Source: Sphagnum compactum (taxonomy: Eukaryota). From it: a stretch of 64,000 nt of DNA. Under the pieces are notes generated by a model. That model made no database searches. It worked only from the letters and a program-made list of their open reading frames with translations, and had not been told where the DNA came from. The translations under genes were made by a program, and so were the position numbers. Shown piece after piece: positions 50,270 to 61,394 of this stretch; the first letter of the stretch is position 1; the number at the start of each line of letters is the position of its first letter. The stretch is from the NCBI GenBank assembly GCA_965153455.1, contig OZ234493.1, positions 31,672,213-31,736,212 of the forward strand, read 5' to 3'.

Positions 50270-51865
50270 ATGGCTAAGGGAAGGAGATTGAAGAAAAGTG
50301 GTGGTGGTGAGTTGGAAGTCCAGAAGCAAAATGTTGTTGCGTCAGATGAGGCAATTGTTGGGCCAAATGTTGCTACAAGAGATGATGCAATTGTTGAGGC
50401 AAATGTTTTTGTATCAGATGCAGCAATTTTTGAGCAAAATGTTGTTGCATCAGATGCAACAATTGTTTAGCAAAATGTTGCTACATAAGATGCGACAATT
50501 GCTTAGCAAAATGTTGTTGCATCGGATGCGGCAATTACTGAGCAAAATTTTGTTGCATCAGATAAAGCAATTGCTCAGCAAAATGTTGCTGCATCAGATA
50601 AAGCAATTGTTCAGCAAAATGTTGCTGCATCAGATGACGCAATTGGTGACCAAAATGGTGCTCTATCATAATTGAAACACAAGGATGATAGTTTGTAATA
50701 TAGATTGTTCTAGAATTTATGGACATTAGATTAAATACAGATTAAAAAAATTGTACAAGTTTTTTGAAATTTAATTATATCCGCACCTTCCATCATTTGT
50801 TGGAAGGTGCGGGATTTTTTTTGTCAAAATTTTTCTATTGCAATACCTGAAAACAGTTCATGTTTATAGGAGTCGTGTGTGATTATATGATTTTATGTTT
50901 TGTAATACCTGCATTCTGTTTTTTGAACTCTCACTTTTTGGTTTAGGTCCGAAACTTGAAACTGACCAGGCTTCTCAGCCACTAGCACCCCCTTGTCCAC
51001 CTAATTTGGCTCAGAAGGACAAAGAATGGACGAAGGTCGGGTCGAAATGGAAATGTAAAGTTAGCACTTACATTGTCGCATATTGTGCCAAATGGTTGTT
51101 GACCAAGCATTTGAAGGAGGTGCATGGCTTGGTGGCAAAAAAGGCCAAACCTGGGAGGCCTTCAACTTCTGCAAGAGGTCCTCGACATCAAGACCATGCC
51201 AAAATGAATGCTCGAATCTTGGGAAATGCCATGGTTGTGCAAAGGCGGAATGATCAAAAGGTTGTTAGTCGCGCTCGTGCCAAAGCATAGTGTGAATGGA
51301 ATAACCTGGTAGCTGTTGCAAAACAGTGTCCACCATTCCCAAAAGCAGCTTTGGTCAAATTAGCTTCAAAGTAATTGTTGAAGGTGTTAGCCTTAATGCT
51401 TGGGGCGTGGGCAGTGTGCCTCGAGATGCAACATCAAGGATGGAGAAGGATGAATATTTACAAGGGATGATTTGATCCACCCGTTGTGTGTATGCACGAC
51501 AATTGAAGATGGCATGGGATGTCAAAAATTGGGATCGAGGGTCTAGTAAAACAAGTCGGACAAAACAGTTGGCAGATGTTTTGGATTTTCATGAATTTAG
51601 AATGATTCATGAAAGGTAAGAAATAATAATAATCAATATTTTTTTTTATTATTGTATTTCATCCAAGGTGTGTTAGGGTTTAATTTGGTGGTTTTTGGGT
51701 GTTTATACGGTTCAAGACAAAACAAAGGAAGAGTTTGTTGCAAATGCAGTTCAGGTTGAGATGCGACGCCGCCATTTTTACACTGCTCGTCATGCAGCAA
51801 AGGCTGCAAATGCAGCAGCTGTATACCGAGCTAAACACGGGATTGTAGATACTAATATGGTTAAG
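50270..51865 (+). pseudogene. MULE accessory gene (disrupted): N-terminal 12-aa acidic repeat, C2H2-type zinc finger, GRP motif, unknown helical C-terminus
   Basis: Exon 50270-50657: MAKGRRLKKSGGGELEVQK + ~9.5x EQNVVASDAAIV. Phase-1 GT-AG intron, then exon 50947-51615: WKCKVST[Y]IVAYCAKWLLTKHLKEVH..AKPGRPS..HQDHAKMNARI..; then exon ~51710-51865: VQDKTKEEFVANAVQVEMRRRHFYTARHAAKAANAAAVYRAKHG. Several TAG/TAA/TGA stops and a frameshift near 51390. Confidence 0.75.
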
Positions 51866-52319
51866 GTTTCACTTTATATAATTAGTTAGGATTTTTAACC
51901 CTTTTTTTTTGACTACCCAATTTTTGAACTTCGATCCTTTTATATGTTATAGAGAACCAACGTTTTTTTTTCATTGGGTTCTTTAGTAATTTTTGATGCA
52001 CCCATTTTTGTACATCTTTTATCAATATAATAATATCTTCTACTCACACTTGTTTGATGGGTATATGGTTAATCATATATGTTTTCTTTGTCATAATTTT
52101 TTTAGTACTTGAGATGTAAAAATCAAACCTTAAATAGGCCCATATGAATAGGTAACATTAATTTGTCTAGGGTCTACAAAGATCAAAATGAACATTGTGC
52201 AATATTTACATCTAATATAATAGGATTCACATCACTTAAAGACTTTTAAAACAATACACACATTTTAAACATATAATACCTACATCATTTTCTATTATAA
52301 ATTCCATAAGGTCATTTTC

Positions 52320-53045
52320 AAATATGCAATACCCGCATATAAGTCCTAAAATAACCGTTGGCATTTTGCATTCATTGCAATACCCGCATATAAGTCCTAA
52401 AATAGTCGCTGGCATTTTGCATTCCTTGCAATACCCGCATATGGGCCACAAATATTCGCTGGCATTCTACATTCGTTGCAATACCCACATATGGGTCCCA
52501 TAGTAGTCGCTGGGTTCTTTTACATTCCTTGCAATACCCGCATATAGGTTCCATAATAGTCGCTGGTTTTTTAGATCTCTTGCAATACCTGAATATAGGA
52601 CCTATAATAGTTGTTGGTTTTTTACATTCATTGCAAAACTTACATTTTGTCATAAAATTAATTCAGAATAATAATTAATTTAGGTATATAAAAAGACATA
52701 TTTTGGGTACCCATACCACTTATTAGTTATTTTGAAATGACGTTACATGTGGGTATTGCATTCAGGGTTTAGGGTCTTCACATAAAGTTTGCCTCAACCA
52801 CCTATGGATTATTTCAATATGAACTTGCATGTAGGTATTGCATCTAGGCCTTGGTCTTCATTCAAAGGCGCACCCAAATTACATATTGGGTATTTCAAAG
52901 TGACCTTACATGTGGGTATTACATTTAAGGTTGCCCTTTCATTGTAGGTTTTACGTTATTCACGTATGGGTTATTTTGAAATGAACTTGAATATGGCTAT
53001 TGCATTTAGGGTTAAGGTTTCATATAATTTTGCAATATCCACACA
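52320..53045. repeat. TTGCAATACC-motif tandem arrays (left cluster): ~51-bp x6 forward, then ~80-bp-period reverse units
   Basis: gcaatacc at ~52326, 52377, 52428, 52477, 52531 and 52582; then gg(t/c)tatt(g/a)cat units near 52752, 52834, 52915 and 52996. Confidence 0.85.
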
Positions 53046-54764
53046 CGTACTTACTTTCACCATTTACAAATTTAGCCTTAATTTTTTTAATAATTAAATA
53101 AAATTTGTAACAAAACACAAAAGAAGGTATGTTTTTTACCATTTGTTAATCTCCAAGCTGATTTCTTTCAATTTCTTTTAAAATGTGTATTGCATTGTTT
53201 TGCATATAAAATTCCCCTTATAATGCATCGTAGATTTATTTTATTTACTATGAACTTGTAAAAAAAATGTTAATTAATTTAGGGTTTCCCAAACTCTAAA
53301 TTTGAATCATATTCCAATAGTATATACTTATAACAATTATATGGAAAAATGTGCTTTCTCTTTAATAAATTCTTTTAGTTCAAATTTAAATGTTATAATA
53401 CAATAAAGATTAGACATTAAACTGTCATAAATGCTTATTAGGCTTACGTGGCCTAGGCTAGTATATTACCTATATAACTAGTATGTTTACTTAATAAACT
53501 CAACCACCTTCAATACCTACATAGACCATCTAAAATATTAACCTAGAAGGCCTACACTAATGAATAAACTACATAATAGGCCTATATTACGTAGGTAGCC
53601 TATTAGGTAGTTAATTAGGTTACTTAACAAATAGTTTACTAACCTATTACTCATGTTTAGGTTAGGTTGTTTAGTTTGGTCAATGTTGAAACTTTAGTCA
53701 ATCTGACAACCTTAGGTTTGAACTTTTGTTGAAGCTAGTAATTTGTCAAGGCTATAGATTCTTAGTTGTTTTTTTATGAACACTATTGTGTTTTTTGGAT
53801 AGTCAAGTCATTTTTCAACTTCTGAAGGTGTCGAAAACATTACATAACAACTTGGCCCTCACAAAACTTTTAAAATCCACATAAACTCTGGCATGACGTC
53901 TAAGAGCTTATGAACAATTTTCATAGCTAGCTATTAATTTTTTGGAATTTTTAAATTTGCATTGAAAACAAAGTTCATTAAAAAATAATTGCAATATACG
54001 TAACCATAGGTGTTTATATATATATACTATAAATAAATATGAAAATATTATATGTATTGAAATGGATCAACAGTATAATTCCATAATATCATTACTTATA
54101 TATTATGTGGTATAAAATATAAAATATTTTTGACCCACTATATGATTATTTTAACCAAAAACTTATTTACTATATATCAAAAAAATACAAAATAAAATTT
54201 CAATCAAACATAGGATTAATATGTGGGAGAGATCATTTTTATTATTATGTGAAACAGGAAAAAAAAACTAAAAAATTATGTGCTTTGATTTTTTTTTAAA
54301 CATAGTTTAAAATCTTATTAAATTAGAGACTTTATATTTATGTTTTTTGAAATGAGTATACAACTTTAAAAGGGGAAAAAATATATATGAACATCTTTGA
54401 AGAAATTTTAAGCTTGAACTTTTTATTTTTTGATCTCGACAAACTTTGTATTGTATTCACAGTTGGGTTTTCACATAAGGTTTGTTTCTTACCTTTGTGT
54501 GATAACTTCAACTTAATTTTCCCAATCTTTTTGAAAAAGATATAGAATGAGATTGTATTGTTTCACATATGTCTAAACCCAAAAAATTCCCCCCCAATTT
54601 AATATAAAATATTTTTGATAATTAACGAATTATCAACAAATTTTGTCATATAATTAAATAATTAATATACCATTATTTCAGATAATTTAAATGATTAATT
54701 ATCAAGAATTAGATAATCATTTATTTATTTAAAATAATTAACTAATCATTTGGCTTAACTTGGA

Positions 54765-55262
54765 GTGACCCAAAATGTAGGTATTACATTTAGGGTAGGA
54801 TCTTCATTTAAAGAGGCTTAAACCCCACATGCGTACTTTCAAAGTGACCCAAAATGCAAGTATTGCATTTAGGGTAGGATCTTCGTAGAAAGAGGCTTAA
54901 ACCCCACATGCGTACTTTCGAAGTGGCCCAAAATGCAGGTATTGCATTTAGGGTAGGGTTATTTCAAAATGACTTTGCATGTGCATATTGTGTTTAGGGC
55001 TAGGTCTTCACTTAAGGGTATCCAAACCATTTAGATGGGTTTTTTTGAAGCGTGGATATTGCATTTAGGCTTGTTTTTTCATTTAAACTTGCAATACCCG
55101 AACTTATACTTACCTTTACCAACTAGATTTTTGGGGTTTCATTGCAATACCTACATCTGTACTTACTTTTACCAACTGGAATTTTGGGGCATAATTGCAA
55201 TACTTGCACTTGTACTTACTTTTACTAACTGGGATTTTGGGGCCTAGTTACAATACTTGCAT
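54765..55262. repeat. TTGCAATACC-motif tandem arrays (right cluster): ~80-bp reverse units then ~52-bp forward units
   Basis: gtgacccaaaatg(t/c)a(g/a)gtatt(a/g)catttagggtagg x3 (54765-54960); tt(g/a)caatac x4 at ~55089, 55142, 55195 and 55248. Confidence 0.85.
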
Positions 55263-55481
55263 TTAACACTAATATTATCATTATCCTTGTGTTTTTGCAT
55301 TTCACACTTTTTGTGCTTATTACTTGGAAACAATAATAACCTTTGTGCCATATTAGACTTCATGTGTGTGTTGAATACATGATGTTCAAAGAATTTGGAC
55401 ATGGTTTCCTCCATACAAAATTGATTCTAAAACAAAATTCTTAGTGCCAATGGCTACAATCTTGATTAGTAATTGAAACAT

Positions 55482-58176
55482 TTATTCGTGACATCGTTTA
55501 GTACGTACATTTGTGTGATTAAGCATTGTTTCATGCCAATCTTTGAGCCATTTGACATTATTTCCCAATCCATCTTCTATACGACATAACACCAATCTTG
55601 GGTGTAAAATGGCATTTGCCTTTGTGAGGCGTATGTTACGAATATTACATGCCAATACTCTCATGTGTGAAGTGGCATGTTCACAAAGTGTCACATCGCC
55701 TTCTTTACGTTCATTTGTGATCTCTTGCATTGTAGTGACCAATTGTGCAAGAGCCCTTTCCATTGGGGTTGATGAATTTATTGTGTCATTAGACCCTACA
55801 ATGGCACCCATAGGGAGATCATTTTGCTCCATGTTCATGAGCCCATCAAATTCCATGATCCCATCATCACCTTAAGATGATCATTTTCGTCATCATCATT
55901 GGACTCCATATCATCTGGAATATGTCGTGGGTCTGCAAACATGTGACCCAACCCTCCACGATGTGATCCATACCATGTTCCACAGTAATGAATGATATCC
56001 TCTTGAGAAATGTCTATGCATGTGAGAATGACCACAATTTGGTGTTTACACATGTTCCCTCGCAATGCCCATTCGCATGTGCAACAAAACATTTCGGTGA
56101 ATGGGAATTTCACCGTGTAAATAACATTGGGAAGGCGTTGGCTCCATACGGCCCAAGCTCCATCATTTTCAAGGGTTGGTTGGTACACATGGGTGAGTGG
56201 AATAAGGGCTGTCTTTTCCACACTTCATGTAATAATGGCCTCCATAACCTTGTTTTTTATGAAACCCTTTTTTTTCATTTCCAATGTGTGCATGTAGTGG
56301 CGTGTAATGGTTGTTGTTAATCACCACACCAACCAGTCAATCCTACACCCTCTAAGGCCTTTTGTGTCAAGAGCAAGCCAACGTTTCAATGCACCATGAT
56401 ATGATTCAATGCTCGCTTGGGTGTCTTGGTTGGAATGGAGCACTCTTCGAACACCCACCATCCATAATTCTGCAAACATAAACACAATACATAAGGATGA
56501 ATAACATTATACAAAGTAATTTTGAATGTTAAACCATGAGAAATATTATCAATTACCAAACTGATGGTAATAAGTCCAGAAATAATTTGTCCACACATCA
56601 CCAGGCCTATGTTTATGAAAGCTTTCTCTCACAGCAACCCTCCCACGCTCTTTGAAGTCATCAATTGTTTCTCCATGATTGATGGACATGTACATCACAT
56701 CATGAAGGTCTTGGAGGATTCCACCCTGCACTTCCACATCTTTGATTTTTTCAGTACCACGTAAGCGCCATGCTTTGAGAACATGCCAACAACAAAGGTA
56801 GATGGGAACCTTGTCCATACCCCATACGACCCTAGTAAGGACACATATGCAATAAAATCTCCATGAATGGATGGGGTTAGTACAACATAAAATGCATTTG
56901 AAGTAATCAAGAATTTTATGAAAGATATTAAAAAACATTTAAGGAGATAAACACAAAGTCGATACTAGGTATGAAACTAACCGTAATGCCTTCAATTCTT
57001 GAGGTGCATCATCAACGAAAAAACATGATGGTTTCCAATGTGGCATGTGTGATAACATCTTCTCTTTTAATGGTTTCAACCATTCGATCAAATCTTGAAC
57101 TGTTTGCCTACTTGTAATGATCCAAGTTAAAGGGACACCCGTGCGATGATCATCAAACCCCATCAAGGTGAATAGATGGAATTTCATGTCATTTGTGCCA
57201 AATGTGGCATCCATATAAATGGCACCATTATGACCATATGATAGCATGGACTCACGTTGAGTTGGTGTTTGAATACCTATGGTGAATGGGACTTGAGTCC
57301 CGTTGATTTCACTAACATTTTGGAAAAAGAACATATCTTCCGGATGTTGGAGAGCCCAAGACTGACTTGAAATTGCAGGATTGGTGTGTAAATGCCAACT
57401 CCTTTTCTTATGTTTCCAATCCAAATATGCAATGTCTTGAAGCCGAATGAAATCATCTCGTGTCATGCTTTGACCCGCATTCACACGTTCCCACCAAATT
57501 GCTTTATGTTTGTCATATATTTGTTTGGTCGTGTAACTTAAGCTTAGTTGGGCCCATATGTGGTCCTTCAATGCTTGTGACATGCATGGAGCATAACGAG
57601 ACATAGGAGAAATGGACTCCGGGTCATGCTCACCATGTGCGAATGACCCATCAATTCGTGTATGGGCCTTATGATAAATTGTGATCTCAGCCACATTAGG
57701 TCGTGTGTATAAACGTTTGATTGATAATGACGCTAGGCATCCTCGTTTAATAGATCGAATGTGGGTTGAATTTTCTTGATAGTCCTCTGGTCCATATCCG
57801 CATTGATACCTAGACCAAAAAACTTTCAAAACGTAAATGATTACATCTTTGGTATATGAATTAAAGAAATTAAAAAGGTTAATGCCATAAATGTTTACCA
57901 TGTATGCCCGAGGTGGTTTTTGATAGTTGGTTGCTTGACATCCGTTTGGCTTGGAAAGTTTTTGTAAACATTCCATTCCACAGGGGTGCTTGTATCCCCT
58001 CGTTCACCTTCCAAGAATTCCGAGATGCGAGCATATGGAACATAAGCAAATTGAATGGTCACTTTATTTTGCCCTCCATGGCGTATCCCAGACGTCCACA
58101 CCAAATCTTTGTTTGAGAAAGGGGACTTGGTGGGGTTTTGGACATGAATGGAATGGGACTTTGGAACCCTTCCCAT
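55482..58176 (-). pseudogene. MULE transposase with N-terminal Cys/His domain, DDE core and SWIM finger (4 exons; 2 nonsense mutations + frameshift)
   Basis: Exons 58176-57899, 57809-56982, 56831-56557 and 56469-55482 join in phase. Motifs: WYQCGYGPED..KRGC..YHKAH, YMDATFGTN (D1), FFVDDAPQE (D2), LCCWHV (CxxH), DTQASIESYH (E), CTCEWALRGNMCKH (SWIM). In-frame TGA at 56323-56321 and 56227-56225; frameshift near 55870. Confidence 0.9.
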
Positions 58177-58494
58177 GATTGAAGGAAGTAGGACAAATTC
58201 CTGCACCAAGAGAATTTATAATTCTATAAACATTCATCATTGAACAAAAACCCAAAATGCAATACACACATGGCTCCTTTAAAATCAATGTTGTGACTTG
58301 GAATTCCCATTCCAACACCCATATCATGATATAAAATACCTATTGTTCCAATGTACATAATGTACAATACTTGCATTATGAACCCATATACTAAAACAAA
58401 CTTTAGCAATACCCACATTGAGCTATTAAACCTCCCATCATTGAAAATGTTCACATATGCAATACCGGATTGTACTTTAAACCCATAATGTCTG

Positions 58495-59743
58495 AAAACC
58501 CCATGTAGCAATACCCATATAATGATAATGATAATTAATGCACATTGTTTGAGAGGTGCAAAATGCACTACCTGCCTTAAGCCATAAAACCCACACTGGT
58601 TGTGGGTAGTCAATGCATTATTCGCATATGGGTATGAAAAAAAAACTACAAAGAGATATTGAATATGAAATATCCGTGTAAAGGTATAAAACCTTTATTT
58701 ATGGTTGTATACTTAATGAAACTTGACGCCCTTTCTATATCCAATAACTACGAAATGAAAAGAGGTTGAATTGTGAAAATATAAACAAAAAAACAAAAGA
58801 AGTAACATGAGACAAATGTATACCTTTAAGAATAAAAGATGACAACGTTCCACCAAAGTTTATAGTCCTAATTAAAAATGCAACCCTAAAAAATCATAAC
58901 TCGTACAAAAATGGGTTAGAAAACATTAAATTCTAGCAACTATGAACATATGGAAACAAAGGAGATTCATAATTATGGTATAGATCTAAACAAGTGAAAA
59001 GATCAAAAATCAATACAATGAGCAAAATTTAGAGTATAAACCTTAGGTTCTGAAATATATGAACCAAATTCCTATACACTAAATAATAAAGCATAACCCT
59101 AAAAATCCAAATGATATTTTGTAAAACCCCATGTAGCAATACCCACATAATGATAATTAATGCACATTGTTTGAGAGGTGCAAAATGCAATACCTGCTTC
59201 AAGCCATAAAACACACACTGGTTGTGGGTAGTCAATGCATTATTTGCATATGGGTATGAAAAAAAAACTACAAAGAGATATTGAATACGAAATATCTGTG
59301 TAAAAGTATAAAACCTTTATTTATGGTTGTATACTTCATGAAACTTGATGCCCTTTCTATATCCAATAACTAGGAAATGAAAAGAGGTTGAATTGTGAAA
59401 ATATAAACAAAAAAACAAAAGAAGTAACAAGAGACAAATGCATACCTTTAGGAATAAAAGATGATAACGTTCCACCAAAGTTTGTAGTCCCAATTGAAAA
59501 CACAACCCTAAAAAATCATAATTCATACAAAAATGGGTTAGAAAATATTAAACTCTAGCAACTATGGAACATATGGAAACAAAAGAAATTCATAATTATG
59601 GTATAGATCTAAACAAGTGAAAAGATCAAAAACCAATATAATGAGCAAAATTTAGAGTATAAACCTTAAGTTCTGAAATATGTGAACCAAATTCTTATCC
59701 ACTAAATAATAAAGCATAACTCTAAAAATCCAAATGATATTTT
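58495..59743. repeat. ~625-bp tandem duplication upstream of the transposase
   Basis: aaaaccccatgtagcaataccca...aaaaatccaaatgatattttg occurs at ~58495-59121 and ~59123-59743 with scattered substitutions. Confidence 0.9.
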
Positions 59744-61358
59744 GACATAAGCCTTATTACAACCCTAATAAAAAAAAGTCTTAGTGATATATGCCCTGAA
59801 CCCAAAAAACTATAAAAACTATACAAATTATATAATGCAAAATACGTTAATCTTTAAAAACAATCAAATAAATTTCATACAAAACCAAAAGAGAAGATAT
59901 GTCTTTTGCCTTTGTGTGATCTCTCCAACTTAAATTTTTCCACTCTTTTTGAAGAAGATATAGAATGCTATTGTATTACTTCACATATGTGTAAACCCTA
60001 AAAATTTCCCCCCAAATTTAGCCTACTTTAGATTAATTACTATACATTTGTGAAAAATTTATTAATTGACTTATGTGTCTCAGCCCTAAACTTAAACCAT
60101 AATCCAATAGTACATACTTATAATAATTACATGAAAAGAGTATTGTAATGTCCATTCATAAATTAGGTAAACAAAATTTAGTAGGATTGAAGGGGGGGGT
60201 GGGGGTGGAAAAAGTGAGTAGGTAGTTAGCTAGGTGTTTGGCTATGTAAAAAACATAGATAGATAGGTAGTTAGGTAGATAAGCAAGTTAGTAATAAGAA
60301 ACAAGTTACTTTATCAAGGTGATTAGGTTTGTAAAATACTTATGTCAATAGGGTGGTTGTGTATGTAGGGAGGTAGGTCAATAGGGTAGGTAGTTAGTAT
60401 AGTGGTTAAGTTAGTAGGGTACATAATTAATAGGGTAGCTAGGTTAGTAGGGTAGGTGGTTAGTACAATAGCTAGGTCAATAGGATAATTAGTTATTAGG
60501 GTAGCTCTGTCAATAGGGGATAATAAATAAGGTACCAAGGTTGGTGCAGTACTTATGAGGGTAGAAAAGTGAGCAGGGTAGCTATGTGTGAGGTCAGGTC
60601 CAGGGAAAAACGGCCAAGAACCAAAAAAAAAAGTACAATGGTCAGCAGCAAAAAGAAATGGATTGTGATGAACCCCATCCGGCGCCGAATGAAAAAACGC
60701 AAGGCATCCAATGGATAGAACGGCCAACTGGTGCATTGGTGGCTGCTAGTTCACTCTGACCGGTAACACTTGGGCCAACAGCACAGGCCACACTAGTTGG
60801 TAACTATTTTGGAGTCTTGGGATGGTGAAACAGTTGGCCGTGTAGGTGACATATGGTATTGTAGTTTGACATTAGCTTAATATAATTTGCAACTCAAATG
60901 TCAAACCATGATATATATATATATATATAACATAAATTTCAAATTGCAAATGAAATTGTGACAGATGACAAATAATATAAAAGTTTATTTATGCAAAAGA
61001 TGAGTGTTTAAGAAGTTTAATGTGTGGCATAATTTCATGGACTTAGAATTAATGAATGATAATTTATGTTCAATATAAATGAAAAAGATGAATAATTCAT
61101 CCATTCTCCTTTCAAATATTGAAGAGGTTGTGCGAGGAGGAGCTTTGAGCTCATTCTCCTTTTTCATATCTTCATGTTATTAATTTATCATTGAGCATTA
61201 TAATAAGACTTTTGCATGTAATGAATGTAATATGTAAAAAATTTATTTATTGTTATGATTGTGAAGGCATCCCACAAAGGAAAGGTAATATGAATTTAGC
61301 AAGAGAGTGATCTCCATAAGGCCCAGGTCTTTAGGCATGATGTGTGTGATGAGCACAT

Positions 61359-61359
<1 letters not shown>

Positions 61360-61390
<31 letters not shown>
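61360..61390. repeat. (TC)n microsatellite
   Basis: Directly visible. Confidence 0.9.

Positions 61391-61394
<4 letters not shown>

Larger units (their letters stand above)
48982..60761. mobile_element. Full-length Mutator-like element (MULE), 11,780 bp, imperfect TIRs and 9-bp TSD, two convergent genes
   Basis: TSD agtaacact (48973-48981) / ggtaacact (60762-60770). Left end ggctggagtgaaccagcaggcaccaatgcacctgttg versus reverse complement of right end ggtcagagtgaactagcagccaccaatgcaccagttg: 31/37 identical. Contains a MULE-type DDE+SWIM transposase. Confidence 0.88.
48552..60796 (+). mobile_element. Short non-autonomous Helitron-like element (~455 bp: 48552-48981 + 60771-60796) split by the MULE insertion
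   Basis: Starts A|TC (48551|48552 tctatccatgaagc) and ends CTAG|T (60796|60797), with a small ggcc..ggcc palindrome just upstream. Removing the MULE and one TSD restores a contiguous ...agttgagaacgc(a/g)gtaacacttgggccaacagcacaggccacactag. Confidence 0.65.

Noticed and set aside
52236-52653. Cys-rich ORFs with repeated ICGYCKECK (zinc-finger-like)
   Set aside because: They are translations of the 51-bp TTGCAATACC array; unit lengths vary and break frame.
60721-60750. Hairpin followed by CTAGT as a Helitron 3' end
   Set aside because: This segment is the MULE right TIR (it matches the left end); the better Helitron-like terminus is at 60796.
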